Below are positions 9,234 through 18,109 of a stretch of DNA of 64,000 bases, piece after piece; position 1 is the stretch's first letter; every line of letters starts with the position of its first letter. The stretch spans positions 768,001-832,000 of the forward strand of contig CAWEZH010000002.1 of NCBI GenBank assembly GCA_963813535.1, written 5' to 3'. Under the pieces are notes generated by a model, which was given only the letters and a program-made list of their open reading frames with translations, had not been told where the DNA came from and ran no database searches. Origin of the DNA: an uncultured Chloroflexia bacterium (GTDB lineage: Bacteria; Chloroflexota; Limnocylindria; Limnocylindrales; CSP1-4). A program made the position numbers and the translations under genes.

Positions 9234-10987
9234 GCCGAGCGGTCGCCTCCGGCCGCCACCGGCCCGGCCCGCCACGACTCGGCCCGGTCGAGCAGCTCGC
9301 GGGCCGAGGCCAGTGCAGCTGGATCGCCCGGCCCGCCGCCGAGCATCGCCGCGAGCTCGACGATGCGGCCTTCTCGATCGAGTCGCTCCACCTCAGTCAC
9401 GGTCCGGCCGTCGCGCTCCCGTTTCACGATCCGGTAGTGGGCGTCGGCGTGCGAGGCGATCTGGGGCAGGTGCGTGACGCACAGGACCTGATGGCGACGG
9501 GCGAGACCCCACAACGACCGGCCGAGCGGGTCCGCGCTCCGCCCGCCGATGCCGGTGTCGACCTCGTCGAAGACCAGCGTGGGTGTCGAATCGGCCTCCG
9601 CGAGGACCCGCTTGATGGCCAACGCGACCCGCGACAGCTCGCCGCCCGACGCGATGCGGGCGAGGGATCGCGCCGGTTCGCCGGGGTTCGGCGCCAGCCG
9701 ATAGACGACCTCGTCGACGCCCGTCGCATCGAACGCGACCGCGTCGCCATCGAGCTCGACCGCGGCCTCGTTCGCACTGGCGACGCGTCGCCCCACGGCG
9801 ACATCGAAGACACCGGCCGGAAAGCCGAGCTCCTCCAACACCTCGGCGACGGCGGTCGTCATGGTCTGCGCCGCATCACGGCGCGCAGCGGACAACGCGG
9901 CTGCGGCGGTGCCGACATCGAGGAGCAAACGGGCATCCTCGCGCTGACGTCGCGCGCGTTCCTCGTCGAGCCCTCGGAGGCGCTCGACCTCCGCGGCAGC
10001 ACGTTCCCCATGTTCGATGACCACCGCCTCGTCGTCACCGTAGCGTCGGAGCAGTCCGTGGATCAGTCCGAGTCGGGCGTCGAGCTCGGCGACGGCACGG
10101 GGGTCGTGGTCCACATCGTCCGCGAGCCGGCGAGCGTCATCGGCCACATCGGCGAGCTCGGCGTCGAGGCCGGCGAGCCGGTCGGCGACCGGTTCGAAGC
10201 GCGGGTCGAGCCGGGCGATGCCACGCGCCTCGTTCAGCGCCACGGCCGTCGCGTCGCGCGCCCCGGCACCGTCGCGGGTCAGCGCCTCGTGGAGCGCCGC
10301 AGCTCCTCGCGCGATGGCCTCGCCGTGCTGGGCGGCCGTCAGCCGGGCCCGGATCTCCTCCGCCTCGCCTGGTCGCAGGCCCGCGCGGGCGATCTCGTCG
10401 GTCTCGTGTTCGAGCAGCTCGATGCGTCGGGCGACCTCGCGCGGGTCGAGCGCGGCGGCATCGAGCGCCGCCCGGTTCTCGCGCCAACGGTCGACGGACC
10501 ACGCCACGGCCGTCCGGCGGTCGTCGTGACCACCGAAGGCGTCCAGCAGGTCGCGCTGCCAGCGCTCGTCCAATAGGCGACCCTGGTCGTGCTGGCCGTG
10601 GATCTCGACGACCGGCCCGACCTCCTCGGCGAGTCTGGCCGCGGTGACCGTCGTGTCGTCCAGGCGAGCCGTCGAGCGCCCGTTGGCGGCGACCTCGCGC
10701 ACGGCGATGAGTGGTTCCGGCAGTCGGTCGAACAGGGCCTCGACCTTCGCCGTCTCGGCGCCGTGTCGGACGAGCGTCGTGTCGGCGCGTGCGCCGAGCG
10801 CCAGGCCGAGCGCGTCGATCAGCAGGCTCTTGCCGGCGCCGGTCTCGCCGGTGATGACGTTGAAGCCCGCATCGAATTCGAGGCGCAATCTGTCTATGAG
10901 GGCGAGGTCGGCGACGGTCAGCTCCAGCAGGCGGCCGGGCGCGCGGTCCTCATGGAGCGTCTCGGCGTCGCGCCGGCCGTCGCTCAC
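9230..10987 (-). CDS. recN: DNA repair protein RecN
   Basis: TGETGAGKS Walker A, IHGQH, ASGGELSR signature, FDEVDTG, CVTHLPQ. Confidence 0.96.
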   Translation of the reverse strand: MSDGRRDAETLHEDRAPGRLLELTVADLALIDRLRLEFDAGFNVITGETGAGKSLLIDALGLALGARADTTLVRHGAETAKVEALFDRLPEPLIAVREVAANGRSTARLDDTTVTAARLAEEVGPVVEIHGQHDQGRLLDERWQRDLLDAFGGHDDRRTAVAWSVDRWRENRAALDAAALDPREVARRIELLEHETDEIARAGLRPGEAEEIRARLTAAQHGEAIARGAAALHEALTRDGAGARDATAVALNEARGIARLDPRFEPVADRLAGLDAELADVADDARRLADDVDHDPRAVAELDARLGLIHGLLRRYGDDEAVVIEHGERAAAEVERLRGLDEERARRQREDARLLLDVGTAAAALSAARRDAAQTMTTAVAEVLEELGFPAGVFDVAVGRRVASANEAAVELDGDAVAFDATGVDEVVYRLAPNPGEPARSLARIASGGELSRVALAIKRVLAEADSTPTLVFDEVDTGIGGRSADPLGRSLWGLARRHQVLCVTHLPQIASHADAHYRIVKRERDGRTVTEVERLDREGRIVELAAMLGGGPGDPAALASARELLDRAESWRAGPVAAGGDRSA

Positions 10988-11829
10988 GACGGCAGGAGCT
11001 CCACCTTGTGGCGGAGCAGGTCCCAGAACGGCTGGGCACCCTTCGGTTCGATGAGACGGATCGGGTGGTCGAGGGCCCTGACCTCGACGGTATCGCCGAC
11101 GGCGATCGGCAGGTCCTCGCGACCGTCGACCGACACGAGCGCCTCATGGGCGTCGACCACCCGGCAGCGCACGACCTGTTCGGGGCTGACGACGACGGAT
11201 CGGATGGCCGACAGGTATGCGGCGATCGGGGTGACCACGAGGTTGCGACTCGCCGGGTCGAGGATCGGTCCGCCGGCCGAGAACGAATACCCGGTGCTGC
11301 CCGTCGGGCTGGCGACGACGAGACCGTCGGCGATGAACGTGGCGAGGTGGCTGTCGTCGATGCTGACGTCGAGGCGGCACACGCGGGCGAGCGAACCCCG
11401 AGCGACGACGATGTCGTTGAGCGCGATGTGGCGGTCGCCGTCGCCCTGCCCGCTACCGCGCATGATCCGACCCTCGATGGCCATCCGCTCGTCGAGGCGG
11501 TACTCGCCGGCGATGATGTGCTCGAGGACCGCTTCGAGGTCGCCGGCCTCCGCCTTCGAGAGGAACCCGACCTTGCCAAGGTTTACCCCCAAGAGCGGGA
11601 CATCGAACTCCGCGACCGCGCGCGCCGCCCGCAGGAACGTGCCATCGCCGCCCAGAACGACGAGCGCGTCGGTCGTCGGCAACTCGCGCCGTAGGGTCGC
11701 GAGATCGCCGGACTGCGCGCGCCACTCGTCGATCGCATGCTGATGGCACCAGCCCGATGCGCGCGCCGCCAGCTCGACGGTCGCCTCGATCGTCGGGTTG
11801 TACGCGAAGCCGATCCGTTTGACGGTCAC
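10984..11829 (-). CDS. nadK: NAD kinase
   Basis: LGGDGTFL, GVNLGKVGFL, ALND, ADG...SPTGSTGYSFSAGGP. Confidence 0.96.
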   Translation of the reverse strand: MTVKRIGFAYNPTIEATVELAARASGWCHQHAIDEWRAQSGDLATLRRELPTTDALVVLGGDGTFLRAARAVAEFDVPLLGVNLGKVGFLSKAEAGDLEAVLEHIIAGEYRLDERMAIEGRIMRGSGQGDGDRHIALNDIVVARGSLARVCRLDVSIDDSHLATFIADGLVVASPTGSTGYSFSAGGPILDPASRNLVVTPIAAYLSAIRSVVVSPEQVVRCRVVDAHEALVSVDGREDLPIAVGDTVEVRALDHPIRLIEPKGAQPFWDLLRHKVELLPS

Positions 11830-12638
11830 GCGCCGGTGACCTCGGCGATGCGCTCGGCGAGATCCGCGCAGCCGGGTCCCTGCGCCAGGTGGACGAGGAA
11901 CTCGCGATTGCCGTCCTGGCCGGTGAGGGGCGACGCGATGACATCGCGGGTGCCGAGATCGAGGGACCGAGCATGGCTGGTCACACGCTCCAGCACCTCG
12001 CGATGGGTTGCTGGGTCGCGGACGACGCCATGGTCGGTACGCCCCTTGCCCGCCTCGAACTGCGGCTTGACCAGCGCCACGATGTGGGCGGACGGGGTGA
12101 GCGTGCTGGCGGTCGGACCGAGCACCTTGTCGAGGGAGATGAATGACACGTCGATCACGGCCAGGTCGATCGGCTCGGGAAAGGTCGTCGCGGTCAGCTC
12201 GCGGGCGTTCGTGCGCTCGAGCGAGGTGACGCGGGGATCGAGTCGCAACGATTCGGCAAGTTGACCGCGACCCACGTCGAGAGCGTAGACATGGCGCGCG
12301 CCACGCTGCAGCAGGACGTCGGTGAAGCCGCCGGTCGAGGCGCCGACGTCGAGCGCGGTCGTGCCCGTCGGATCGATGCCGAAGGCGTCCAACGCCGCGG
12401 CGAGCTTGTGACCCCCGCGTCCGACGTACGGTTCGGGGGCATCCAGCGCGACCGGCTCTTCCGGGCCGATACGGTCGCCGGGCTTGCGGTCCCGTCGCGC
12501 GGCATCCCCTACCCCGACCCGAACCTTGCCGGCGAGCACGAGCGCTTGCGCCTTGGAGCGTGTCTCCGCCAGCCCGCGCTCGACGAGCAGCTCATCGAGG
12601 CGCACCTTTGGCTGCCGATGCGTGACGGTCGGACTCAC
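11826..12638 (-). CDS. tlyA: TlyA-family rRNA 2'-O-methyltransferase
   Basis: S4 domain RLDELLVERGL, YVGRGGHKL, DVGASTGGFTD, DVSFISL, LVKPQFEAG, GNREF. Confidence 0.93.
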   Translation of the reverse strand: MSPTVTHRQPKVRLDELLVERGLAETRSKAQALVLAGKVRVGVGDAARRDRKPGDRIGPEEPVALDAPEPYVGRGGHKLAAALDAFGIDPTGTTALDVGASTGGFTDVLLQRGARHVYALDVGRGQLAESLRLDPRVTSLERTNARELTATTFPEPIDLAVIDVSFISLDKVLGPTASTLTPSAHIVALVKPQFEAGKGRTDHGVVRDPATHREVLERVTSHARSLDLGTRDVIASPLTGQDGNREFLVHLAQGPGCADLAERIAEVTGA

Positions 12639-12688
12639 CGGCCTATCGTGGCACAGCACGCTGCACGTGGACTCACTCCGAGTCCCGC

Positions 12689-13381
12689 TTAGCGCTCCCT
12701 GCGGCGGCGGTCGCGGGCGAGGGTCAGCCCGACGATCCGCGAGATGACGAACGCGACGTAGAGGAGGCCCGCAACCTGCTCGATCATCACCAACGATCTT
12801 GCCTGCGGGAGGATCGGCGTGATGTCGGACAGACCCACGCTGGTCAGGTTCGTGAACGAGAGGAACAGCAGCTCGAACCATGTGCGCGGCGCCTCCGGCG
12901 CGATCGCGGCTGCGAACGAGCGCGGCCACACGACCTGGATCGCGGCGAACGCGTAGGCGAACCCATAGGCGACAACCGTGAACGTCGCACCGGTCGCCCA
13001 CAGCTCGTCCCGCGTCACGAAACGGTCGAAGAAGAGGTAGCGGATCAGCGCGAAGCTGGTGTACGCGTAGAAGGCCGCGTGGAGCGCCGCCGACCAGAAC
13101 GCGACCACCTGGTTCGAGGGGTCGCTCACCTCGAGCAAAGTCAGCACCACGAGCGGGATCCCAATCCCGATCGAGACCCACGTGAGGGCCGGCGTCGCCC
13201 GGACGGCACGGACCGCGAGCAGCAGCACGACCAATGTGAACAGCGACAACGCGGCCCGCCCGACGGGCGAGTCGTCCATGAACGGGAAGAGCAGGACGCC
13301 CAGCAACTGGACGACGAGCAGGACGGCGGACGGCTGCCGCCACCACGGCGTGATCTTGCGAGCTGGGACCTCCACCGTCAC
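12689..13381 (-). CDS. Ion-channel-like membrane protein (Ion_trans_2-type pore) with atypical filter TSVGLSD
   Basis: About 6 hydrophobic helices; pore-helix/filter pattern LFLSFTNLTSVGLSDITP followed by ARSLVMIEQVAG. Confidence 0.75.
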   Translation of the reverse strand: MTVEVPARKITPWWRQPSAVLLVVQLLGVLLFPFMDDSPVGRAALSLFTLVVLLLAVRAVRATPALTWVSIGIGIPLVVLTLLEVSDPSNQVVAFWSAALHAAFYAYTSFALIRYLFFDRFVTRDELWATGATFTVVAYGFAYAFAAIQVVWPRSFAAAIAPEAPRTWFELLFLSFTNLTSVGLSDITPILPQARSLVMIEQVAGLLYVAFVISRIVGLTLARDRRRRER

Positions 13382-13394
13382 GTGACGGTCGCGG

Positions 13395-15416
13395 CTACGC
13401 GACGTCGGAGGTGGACCGTCCCGGCGACAGCCGCAACGTCGCGAGCGTCTCGCGGACCTGTTCCGCCAGCCCCGGCACGTCGAGGCGCAGGACGCGACGC
13501 AGGTCGGCGACCGAGCCATGGTCGACGAACCGGTCGCCCGGGATCCCGATGATTCGCACGGCCGTGTCACGGTAGGCCGCATCGGCCAGCCGCGCCTCTT
13601 CGATGAGCTCGAGGACCGCCGAGCCGAATCCGCCCGAGAACACGCTCTCCTCGAACGTCACGACCAGGCGCTTGCCGCGTGCCGCATCGAGGATCAGCTG
13701 CCGGTCGAGCGGCTTCGCGAACCGCGCGTTGATGACACCGATCGACCAGCCGTCCGCCTCGAGCGCCGACGCTGCATCCATCGCCCGCTGCACGATCGGC
13801 CCGAAGCCCACGAACAACAGGTCTCGCCCGTCCCGCAGCGTCTCGGCCTGTCCGACCGGCACCGCGGCCGGCTCGACCGGCTCCAGGCCGAAACCCGGAT
13901 CGCGCGGATAGTGCAGTGCGAACGGGTGATCCTGGGCCAAGCCCGTCCGCAACAGGGAGCGCAGCTCCTGCTCGTCCTTCGGCGACGCGATCACGAGGTT
14001 CGGCAGCTGGCGCTGGGCGGCCACCGTGAACATGCCCTGATGTGACGTGCCGTCCTCACCGACCAGACCCGCTCGGTCGACGGCGATCAGGACGGGCTGG
14101 TCGTTCTGGCACACGTCGTGGACCGTCTGGTCGAACGCGCGCTGCAGGAAGGTCGAGTACAGCGCGACGACCGGTCGCATGCCACCCATCGCGAGGCCCG
14201 TCGCAAGCGTCACGGCGTGCTGCTCGGCGATGCCCACGTCGAAGACGCGGTCGGGGAAGACTTCGGCCAGCTTCGACATGCCCGTCCCGGTCGGCATCCC
14301 GGCCGTGATACCGACGATCCGGCGGTCGTCCCGTGCCGCCTCGATGAGCTCGGCCGCGAACACCGCCGTGTAGTTCGGATTCTTCTTCGGCGCCGCCGGC
14401 TCGGGCGTGGGCGAAGCGGCGTCGTCGGCCATCGACTCGGTCGGGAGCCCGGCCGGTGCGGTGGACGTTCTCGCCCCGTCGTAGGAATCGGCCTCGGGCG
14501 AGAGCTGCATCGGTGGCAATGCCGCCCCATGGAACGCGACCTGGTCCTCGATCGCGGGTCGGTAGCCCCGACCCTTCTGCGTTCGAACGTGCACGATCGT
14601 GGGGCCAGGCAGGGCAAGCGCGGCGCCGAGCGTCTCGAGCAGCGCGCGCATGTCGTGGCCCGGCACCACACCGATGTAGGTGATACCGAGGTCCTCGAAG
14701 AGCTGGCCCGGCTGGGCGAACCGCACAACGGACGCGCGAAGCCGCCTGGAGAGCTCGAGCAGGTGCGGCCCGAAGATCGGGACGCGCAGGACCGCACGAT
14801 CGTACGCACTCCGGCTCTGCCGCCACGCGCTCGACAGCTTGATCTGCGAGAGGTACTTGGAGAACGCGCCGACCGTCGGGCTGATGGACATCTCGTTGTC
14901 GTTGACCACGATCAGCATATGCGTCTTGCGCTGGCCGATGTCGTTGAGGGCTTCGAGCGAGAGGCCACTCATCAACGCCGCGTCGCCGACCACGACCGCG
15001 ATGCGCTCCATCCCATGACGCAGATCGCGCGCCTCGGCCAGCCCCTCGGCGATGGACAGACCAGTCCCTGCGTGACCGCCATCGAACACGTCGTGCGCCG
15101 ACTCCGAGCGGCGGGGGAAGCCACCGACGCCGTCGAGTGAACGAAGCGTCCGGAATCGCTCGAGTCGGCCGGTCAGCAGCTTGTGCGGGTACGCCTGGTG
15201 GCCGGTATCCCAAACGATCCGGTCGCGAGGCAATTCGAGCAGTCGGTGCAGGGCGATCGTCAGCTCGACGACGCCGAGGGACGAGCCGAGATGGCCGCCG
15301 GTCTCCGCGACGGTCGAGACGATCGTCTCGCGGATCTCGGCGGCGAGCTGGGCGAGCTCTGGTTCGGAAAAACCGCGCAGCTCGGCGGGATCGTGCAGTT
15401 CCTGGAGGATGGTCAC
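13395..15416 (-). CDS. dxs: 1-deoxy-D-xylulose-5-phosphate synthase
   Basis: GGHLGSSLG, WDTGHQAYPHK, GDAALMSG..LEALN, NDNEMSIS, DVGIAEQH, YSTFLQRAFDQ, DRAGLVGEDG. Confidence 0.97.
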   Translation of the reverse strand: MTILQELHDPAELRGFSEPELAQLAAEIRETIVSTVAETGGHLGSSLGVVELTIALHRLLELPRDRIVWDTGHQAYPHKLLTGRLERFRTLRSLDGVGGFPRRSESAHDVFDGGHAGTGLSIAEGLAEARDLRHGMERIAVVVGDAALMSGLSLEALNDIGQRKTHMLIVVNDNEMSISPTVGAFSKYLSQIKLSSAWRQSRSAYDRAVLRVPIFGPHLLELSRRLRASVVRFAQPGQLFEDLGITYIGVVPGHDMRALLETLGAALALPGPTIVHVRTQKGRGYRPAIEDQVAFHGAALPPMQLSPEADSYDGARTSTAPAGLPTESMADDAASPTPEPAAPKKNPNYTAVFAAELIEAARDDRRIVGITAGMPTGTGMSKLAEVFPDRVFDVGIAEQHAVTLATGLAMGGMRPVVALYSTFLQRAFDQTVHDVCQNDQPVLIAVDRAGLVGEDGTSHQGMFTVAAQRQLPNLVIASPKDEQELRSLLRTGLAQDHPFALHYPRDPGFGLEPVEPAAVPVGQAETLRDGRDLLFVGFGPIVQRAMDAASALEADGWSIGVINARFAKPLDRQLILDAARGKRLVVTFEESVFSGGFGSAVLELIEEARLADAAYRDTAVRIIGIPGDRFVDHGSVADLRRVLRLDVPGLAEQVRETLATLRLSPGRSTSDVA

Positions 15417-15530
15417 GCGGTCGGTGGCTCCGATGGGGTTCGGTCGCTGGACGGGTCGGATGCCCGATGTGTGATGTCGATGCGAAGGGTAGCGCGGCAG
15501 TCGCGATGGCGGCCGACAGTCTAAACCTGT

Positions 15531-15569
15531 TCCTTCCGGGTCGCCAGTTTCGTCTGCCCCGGTGAAGGA
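15531..15569 (-). terminator. Stem-loop just after the xseB stop (possible terminator or stabiliser, no clear U-tract)
   Basis: TCCTTC(A)CCGGG...CCCGGAAGGA inverted repeat with an inner CAG/CTG stem. Confidence 0.35.
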
Positions 15570-15573
15570 GTGG

Positions 15574-15840
15574 TCAGGCGTCGTCGACGGTGCGGTCCTC
15601 GGTCACCTCGACCGTGTCGAGCGTGCTGCCCTTGGCGACCAGCTGCCGCATCCGGAGTTCCGCGCTCTTCAGCAGGGTCTCGCAGCGCTCCAGCAGAGCG
15701 GCGCCACGCTCGTGGAGTGCCAGCGTGCGCTCGAGAGGCAGATTCCCGGTCTCGAGCTCCGAGATCGTCCGCTGGAGCTCGGCAAGCGCGTCGTCGAACG
15801 ACAGCTCCCCGGGCGGCGTCCCCCCGGAAGCGTCGGGCAC
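15574..15840 (-). CDS. xseB: Exodeoxyribonuclease VII small subunit
   Basis: SFDDALAELQRTISELETGNLPLERTLALHERGAALLERCETLL..AE. GTG at 15840 with GAGGA SD. Confidence 0.92.
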   Translation of the reverse strand: MPDASGGTPPGELSFDDALAELQRTISELETGNLPLERTLALHERGAALLERCETLLKSAELRMRQLVAKGSTLDTVEVTEDRTVDDA

Positions 15841-15847
15841 GCGTTCC

Positions 15848-15988
15848 TCAGTCGTTCCCGTCACCGTCGTCCTCATCGATGCGCTCGGCGAGCCGGCCGA
15901 GTCGCGGCGCGACCAGCATACCGATGCCGATACCGACGATCGCCAACACCGCGACGACCACGACGAACAAGATGAGGTCCGTGCTCAT
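15848..15988 (-). CDS. 46-aa single-pass membrane protein (absent from the ORF track)
   Basis: MSTDLILFVVVVAVLAIVGIGIGMLVAPRLGRLAERIDEDDGDGND*. The ATG overlaps the xseA stop (ATGA), codons are high-GC3, and it fills the xseA-xseB gap. Confidence 0.7.
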   Translation of the reverse strand: MSTDLILFVVVVAVLAIVGIGIGMLVAPRLGRLAERIDEDDGDGND

Positions 15989-17448
15989 CGATCCTGCTTG
16001 TCGACCGTGGCGGCGATATCGCCTCTGGCGACGCGGATACGTAGCGGTGACCCACTCGGTGCCTCGGCTGGATCGCGAACGATCGATCCGTCACTGCGCC
16101 GCACGATCGCGTATCCCCGCTCGAGGGTGGCGTTCGGTCCGAGGACGGCCAGGGCGGCCGACGAGGCGTCGAGCGCCGAGCGGGCAGCCGCAACGCGCGC
16201 CGCGCTCAGCCTGGGCAGGTCCGCCGCCGCCGACGTCAATCGCATGCGCTCCCGCGCCAGACGCGCCTCGACCGCCCGCGTGCCCCGATCGAACAGCAGC
16301 CCCACCTGCTCGCGCGCAGCCGCCAGCCGTGCCGCTGGATTGACCCGCTCGAGCGCGCGCCGCTCGACCGCCACATCCCGGGCGGCAGCGACAAGGCGAC
16401 GCTCGGTGGCCGCCGTCAGCCGGTCCGCGGCACGCCGCAGGGCTGCCGCCATCTCGAGCTGGTCGGGCACGACGATCTCCGCGGCAGCGGACGGCGTCGG
16501 CGCCCGGACATCGGCCGCGAAGTCGGCGAGGGTCACGTCGACCTCGTGGCCGACGCCGCATACCACCGGGAGCGGATGGGCCACGACGGCCCGCACGACG
16601 CGCTCGTCGTTGAATGCCCACAGGTCCTCGAGCGAGCCGCCGCCCCGGGCGAGGATCGTCAGCGCGGGTGCGTCGTCCGGTCGGCCGGCCGCCGTCATCG
16701 CGCCGGCGTAGCGGGCCGTGCGTCGGAACGCGGTGACGATGCTGGCGGGGGCCCCCTCCCCTTGCACCTGGGCGGCGACCAGGACGACCTGGACGAGGGG
16801 CCAGCGACGCGCCAGCACATGGCTCACGTCGCGCCACACCGCCCCGGACGGGCTCGTGATGACGGCGATCGTCCGCGGTCGAGTCGGCAGGGGCCGCTTG
16901 CGAGCGCTGTCGAACAGCCCTTCGGCCGCAAGGCGCGTCTTGAGTGCCTCGAACCGGAGGGCCAGGTCGCCGACGCCCGATGGCTGGATCGAGTCGACAT
17001 AGAGCTGCATCGCGCCCGACGGCTCGTACAGGTCGATCCGACCGTGGACGACGACGCGTAACCCGGCCTGCGCCGCGAACATCGAGCGTTCGCGGTCGTC
17101 GCGGAACCAGACGCACTGGAGCTGGTTGCGCTCGTCCTTGAGCGCGAAGTACGCGTGACCAGCCGATGACACGGTCACGCGACCGATCTCCCCCTCGACC
17201 CACAGGTCGAGCAGGCGTGGATCCTGGCGGATCGCTGTCCGGACGGCGCGGGTGACGTCGCTGACCTTGAGGATGCGCAGCCCGAATGTGCCCGGCGCCG
17301 TGGGGCCGGCTCGATCGGCACCCGGAGACGCTACGGGAGCCGGCGTCTCGACGCGCCCCGGCCCCACCGGGACCGGCTCCTCCGGATCGACGGCATCCCA
17401 GCCAGGCAGCGCCCAGTCAGGCGGTGTCGAGCCCTCACGTGCGCTCAC
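15985..17448 (-). CDS. xseA: Exodeoxyribonuclease VII large subunit
   Basis: WVEGEI..SSAGHAYFALKD, GLFDSARKRPLP, ITSPSGA, ARGGGSLEDLWAFNDE, GVGHEVD...APTPSAAAE, LERGYA. Confidence 0.95.
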   Translation of the reverse strand: MSAREGSTPPDWALPGWDAVDPEEPVPVGPGRVETPAPVASPGADRAGPTAPGTFGLRILKVSDVTRAVRTAIRQDPRLLDLWVEGEIGRVTVSSAGHAYFALKDERNQLQCVWFRDDRERSMFAAQAGLRVVVHGRIDLYEPSGAMQLYVDSIQPSGVGDLALRFEALKTRLAAEGLFDSARKRPLPTRPRTIAVITSPSGAVWRDVSHVLARRWPLVQVVLVAAQVQGEGAPASIVTAFRRTARYAGAMTAAGRPDDAPALTILARGGGSLEDLWAFNDERVVRAVVAHPLPVVCGVGHEVDVTLADFAADVRAPTPSAAAEIVVPDQLEMAAALRRAADRLTAATERRLVAAARDVAVERRALERVNPAARLAAAREQVGLLFDRGTRAVEARLARERMRLTSAAADLPRLSAARVAAARSALDASSAALAVLGPNATLERGYAIVRRSDGSIVRDPAEAPSGSPLRIRVARGDIAATVDKQDR

Positions 17449-17449
17449 A

Positions 17450-18007
17450 TCAGACCCGGGTCTGGTACTCCCCGGTCCGCGTGTCGATGCGGATGGTGTC
17501 GCCGCTCTCGACGAAGATCGGCACCTGGACCACCAGACCGGTCTCGGTCGTCGCCGGCTTCCGCGCACCGGTCTGCGTGTCGCCAGCGAACCCGGGCTCC
17601 GTTTCGATCACCGACAGGTCGACACTGACCGGCAGCTCGACGCCTATGGTCTCGCCCTGGTAGCTGGTCCGATCGAGCGTCATGCCGTCCTTCATGTACT
17701 GCGTGGCGTCTCCGAGCTGCTCGGCCGTCAGGTGGAACTGATCGTAGGTGTCGTTGTCCATGAAGTGGAAATCAGCGCCGTCGCGGTACAGGAACTGGAC
17801 TGGTCGCTGCTCGAGCTGGGCGCGGGGCCACTTCGTCCCCGCCTGGAACGAGCGCTCGATGGTCTGCCCGCGCTTGACGTTGCGCAGGGTGATGCGGACC
17901 TGGGCCGAGCCTCGACCCATCTTGATGTGGTGGTAATCGAGGATCTGCCAGAGCTCGCCGTCGAGCTCGATGGTCACGCCCTTGCGCAGTTCGCCGGTAC
18001 TGATCAT
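17450..18007 (-). CDS. efp: Translation elongation factor P (Arg32 type, loop KMGRGSA)
   Basis: MISTGELRKG...QFLYRDG..FMDNDTYDQ...TEPGFAGDT..KPATTETG.VQVPIF...DTRTGEY; SD GGGAG. Confidence 0.96.
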   Translation of the reverse strand: MISTGELRKGVTIELDGELWQILDYHHIKMGRGSAQVRITLRNVKRGQTIERSFQAGTKWPRAQLEQRPVQFLYRDGADFHFMDNDTYDQFHLTAEQLGDATQYMKDGMTLDRTSYQGETIGVELPVSVDLSVIETEPGFAGDTQTGARKPATTETGLVVQVPIFVESGDTIRIDTRTGEYQTRV

Positions 18008-18083
18008 GTCGTCGAAGGGCTCCCTGGGCTCGGACCGCCGCGCAGGCGCGGACGGACCGCAGATGGGCCGGGATGAGGCGCCC

Positions 18084-18100
18084 ATTCTAGCCGCTACGAT
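18084..18100. promoter_or_regulatory. Back-to-back divergent -10 boxes: TAGAAT (minus, efp) and TACGAT (plus, kinase/aminotransferase)
   Basis: attcta at 18084-18089 and tacgat at 18095-18100, AT-rich hexamers within a GC-rich intergenic region. Confidence 0.5.
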
Positions 18101-18109
18101 GCGCTGACC

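Noticed and set aside
15417-15530. TPP or c-di-GMP riboswitch upstream of dxs
   Set aside because: No CUGAGA/GAU-AAU-CG core or GEMM consensus found.
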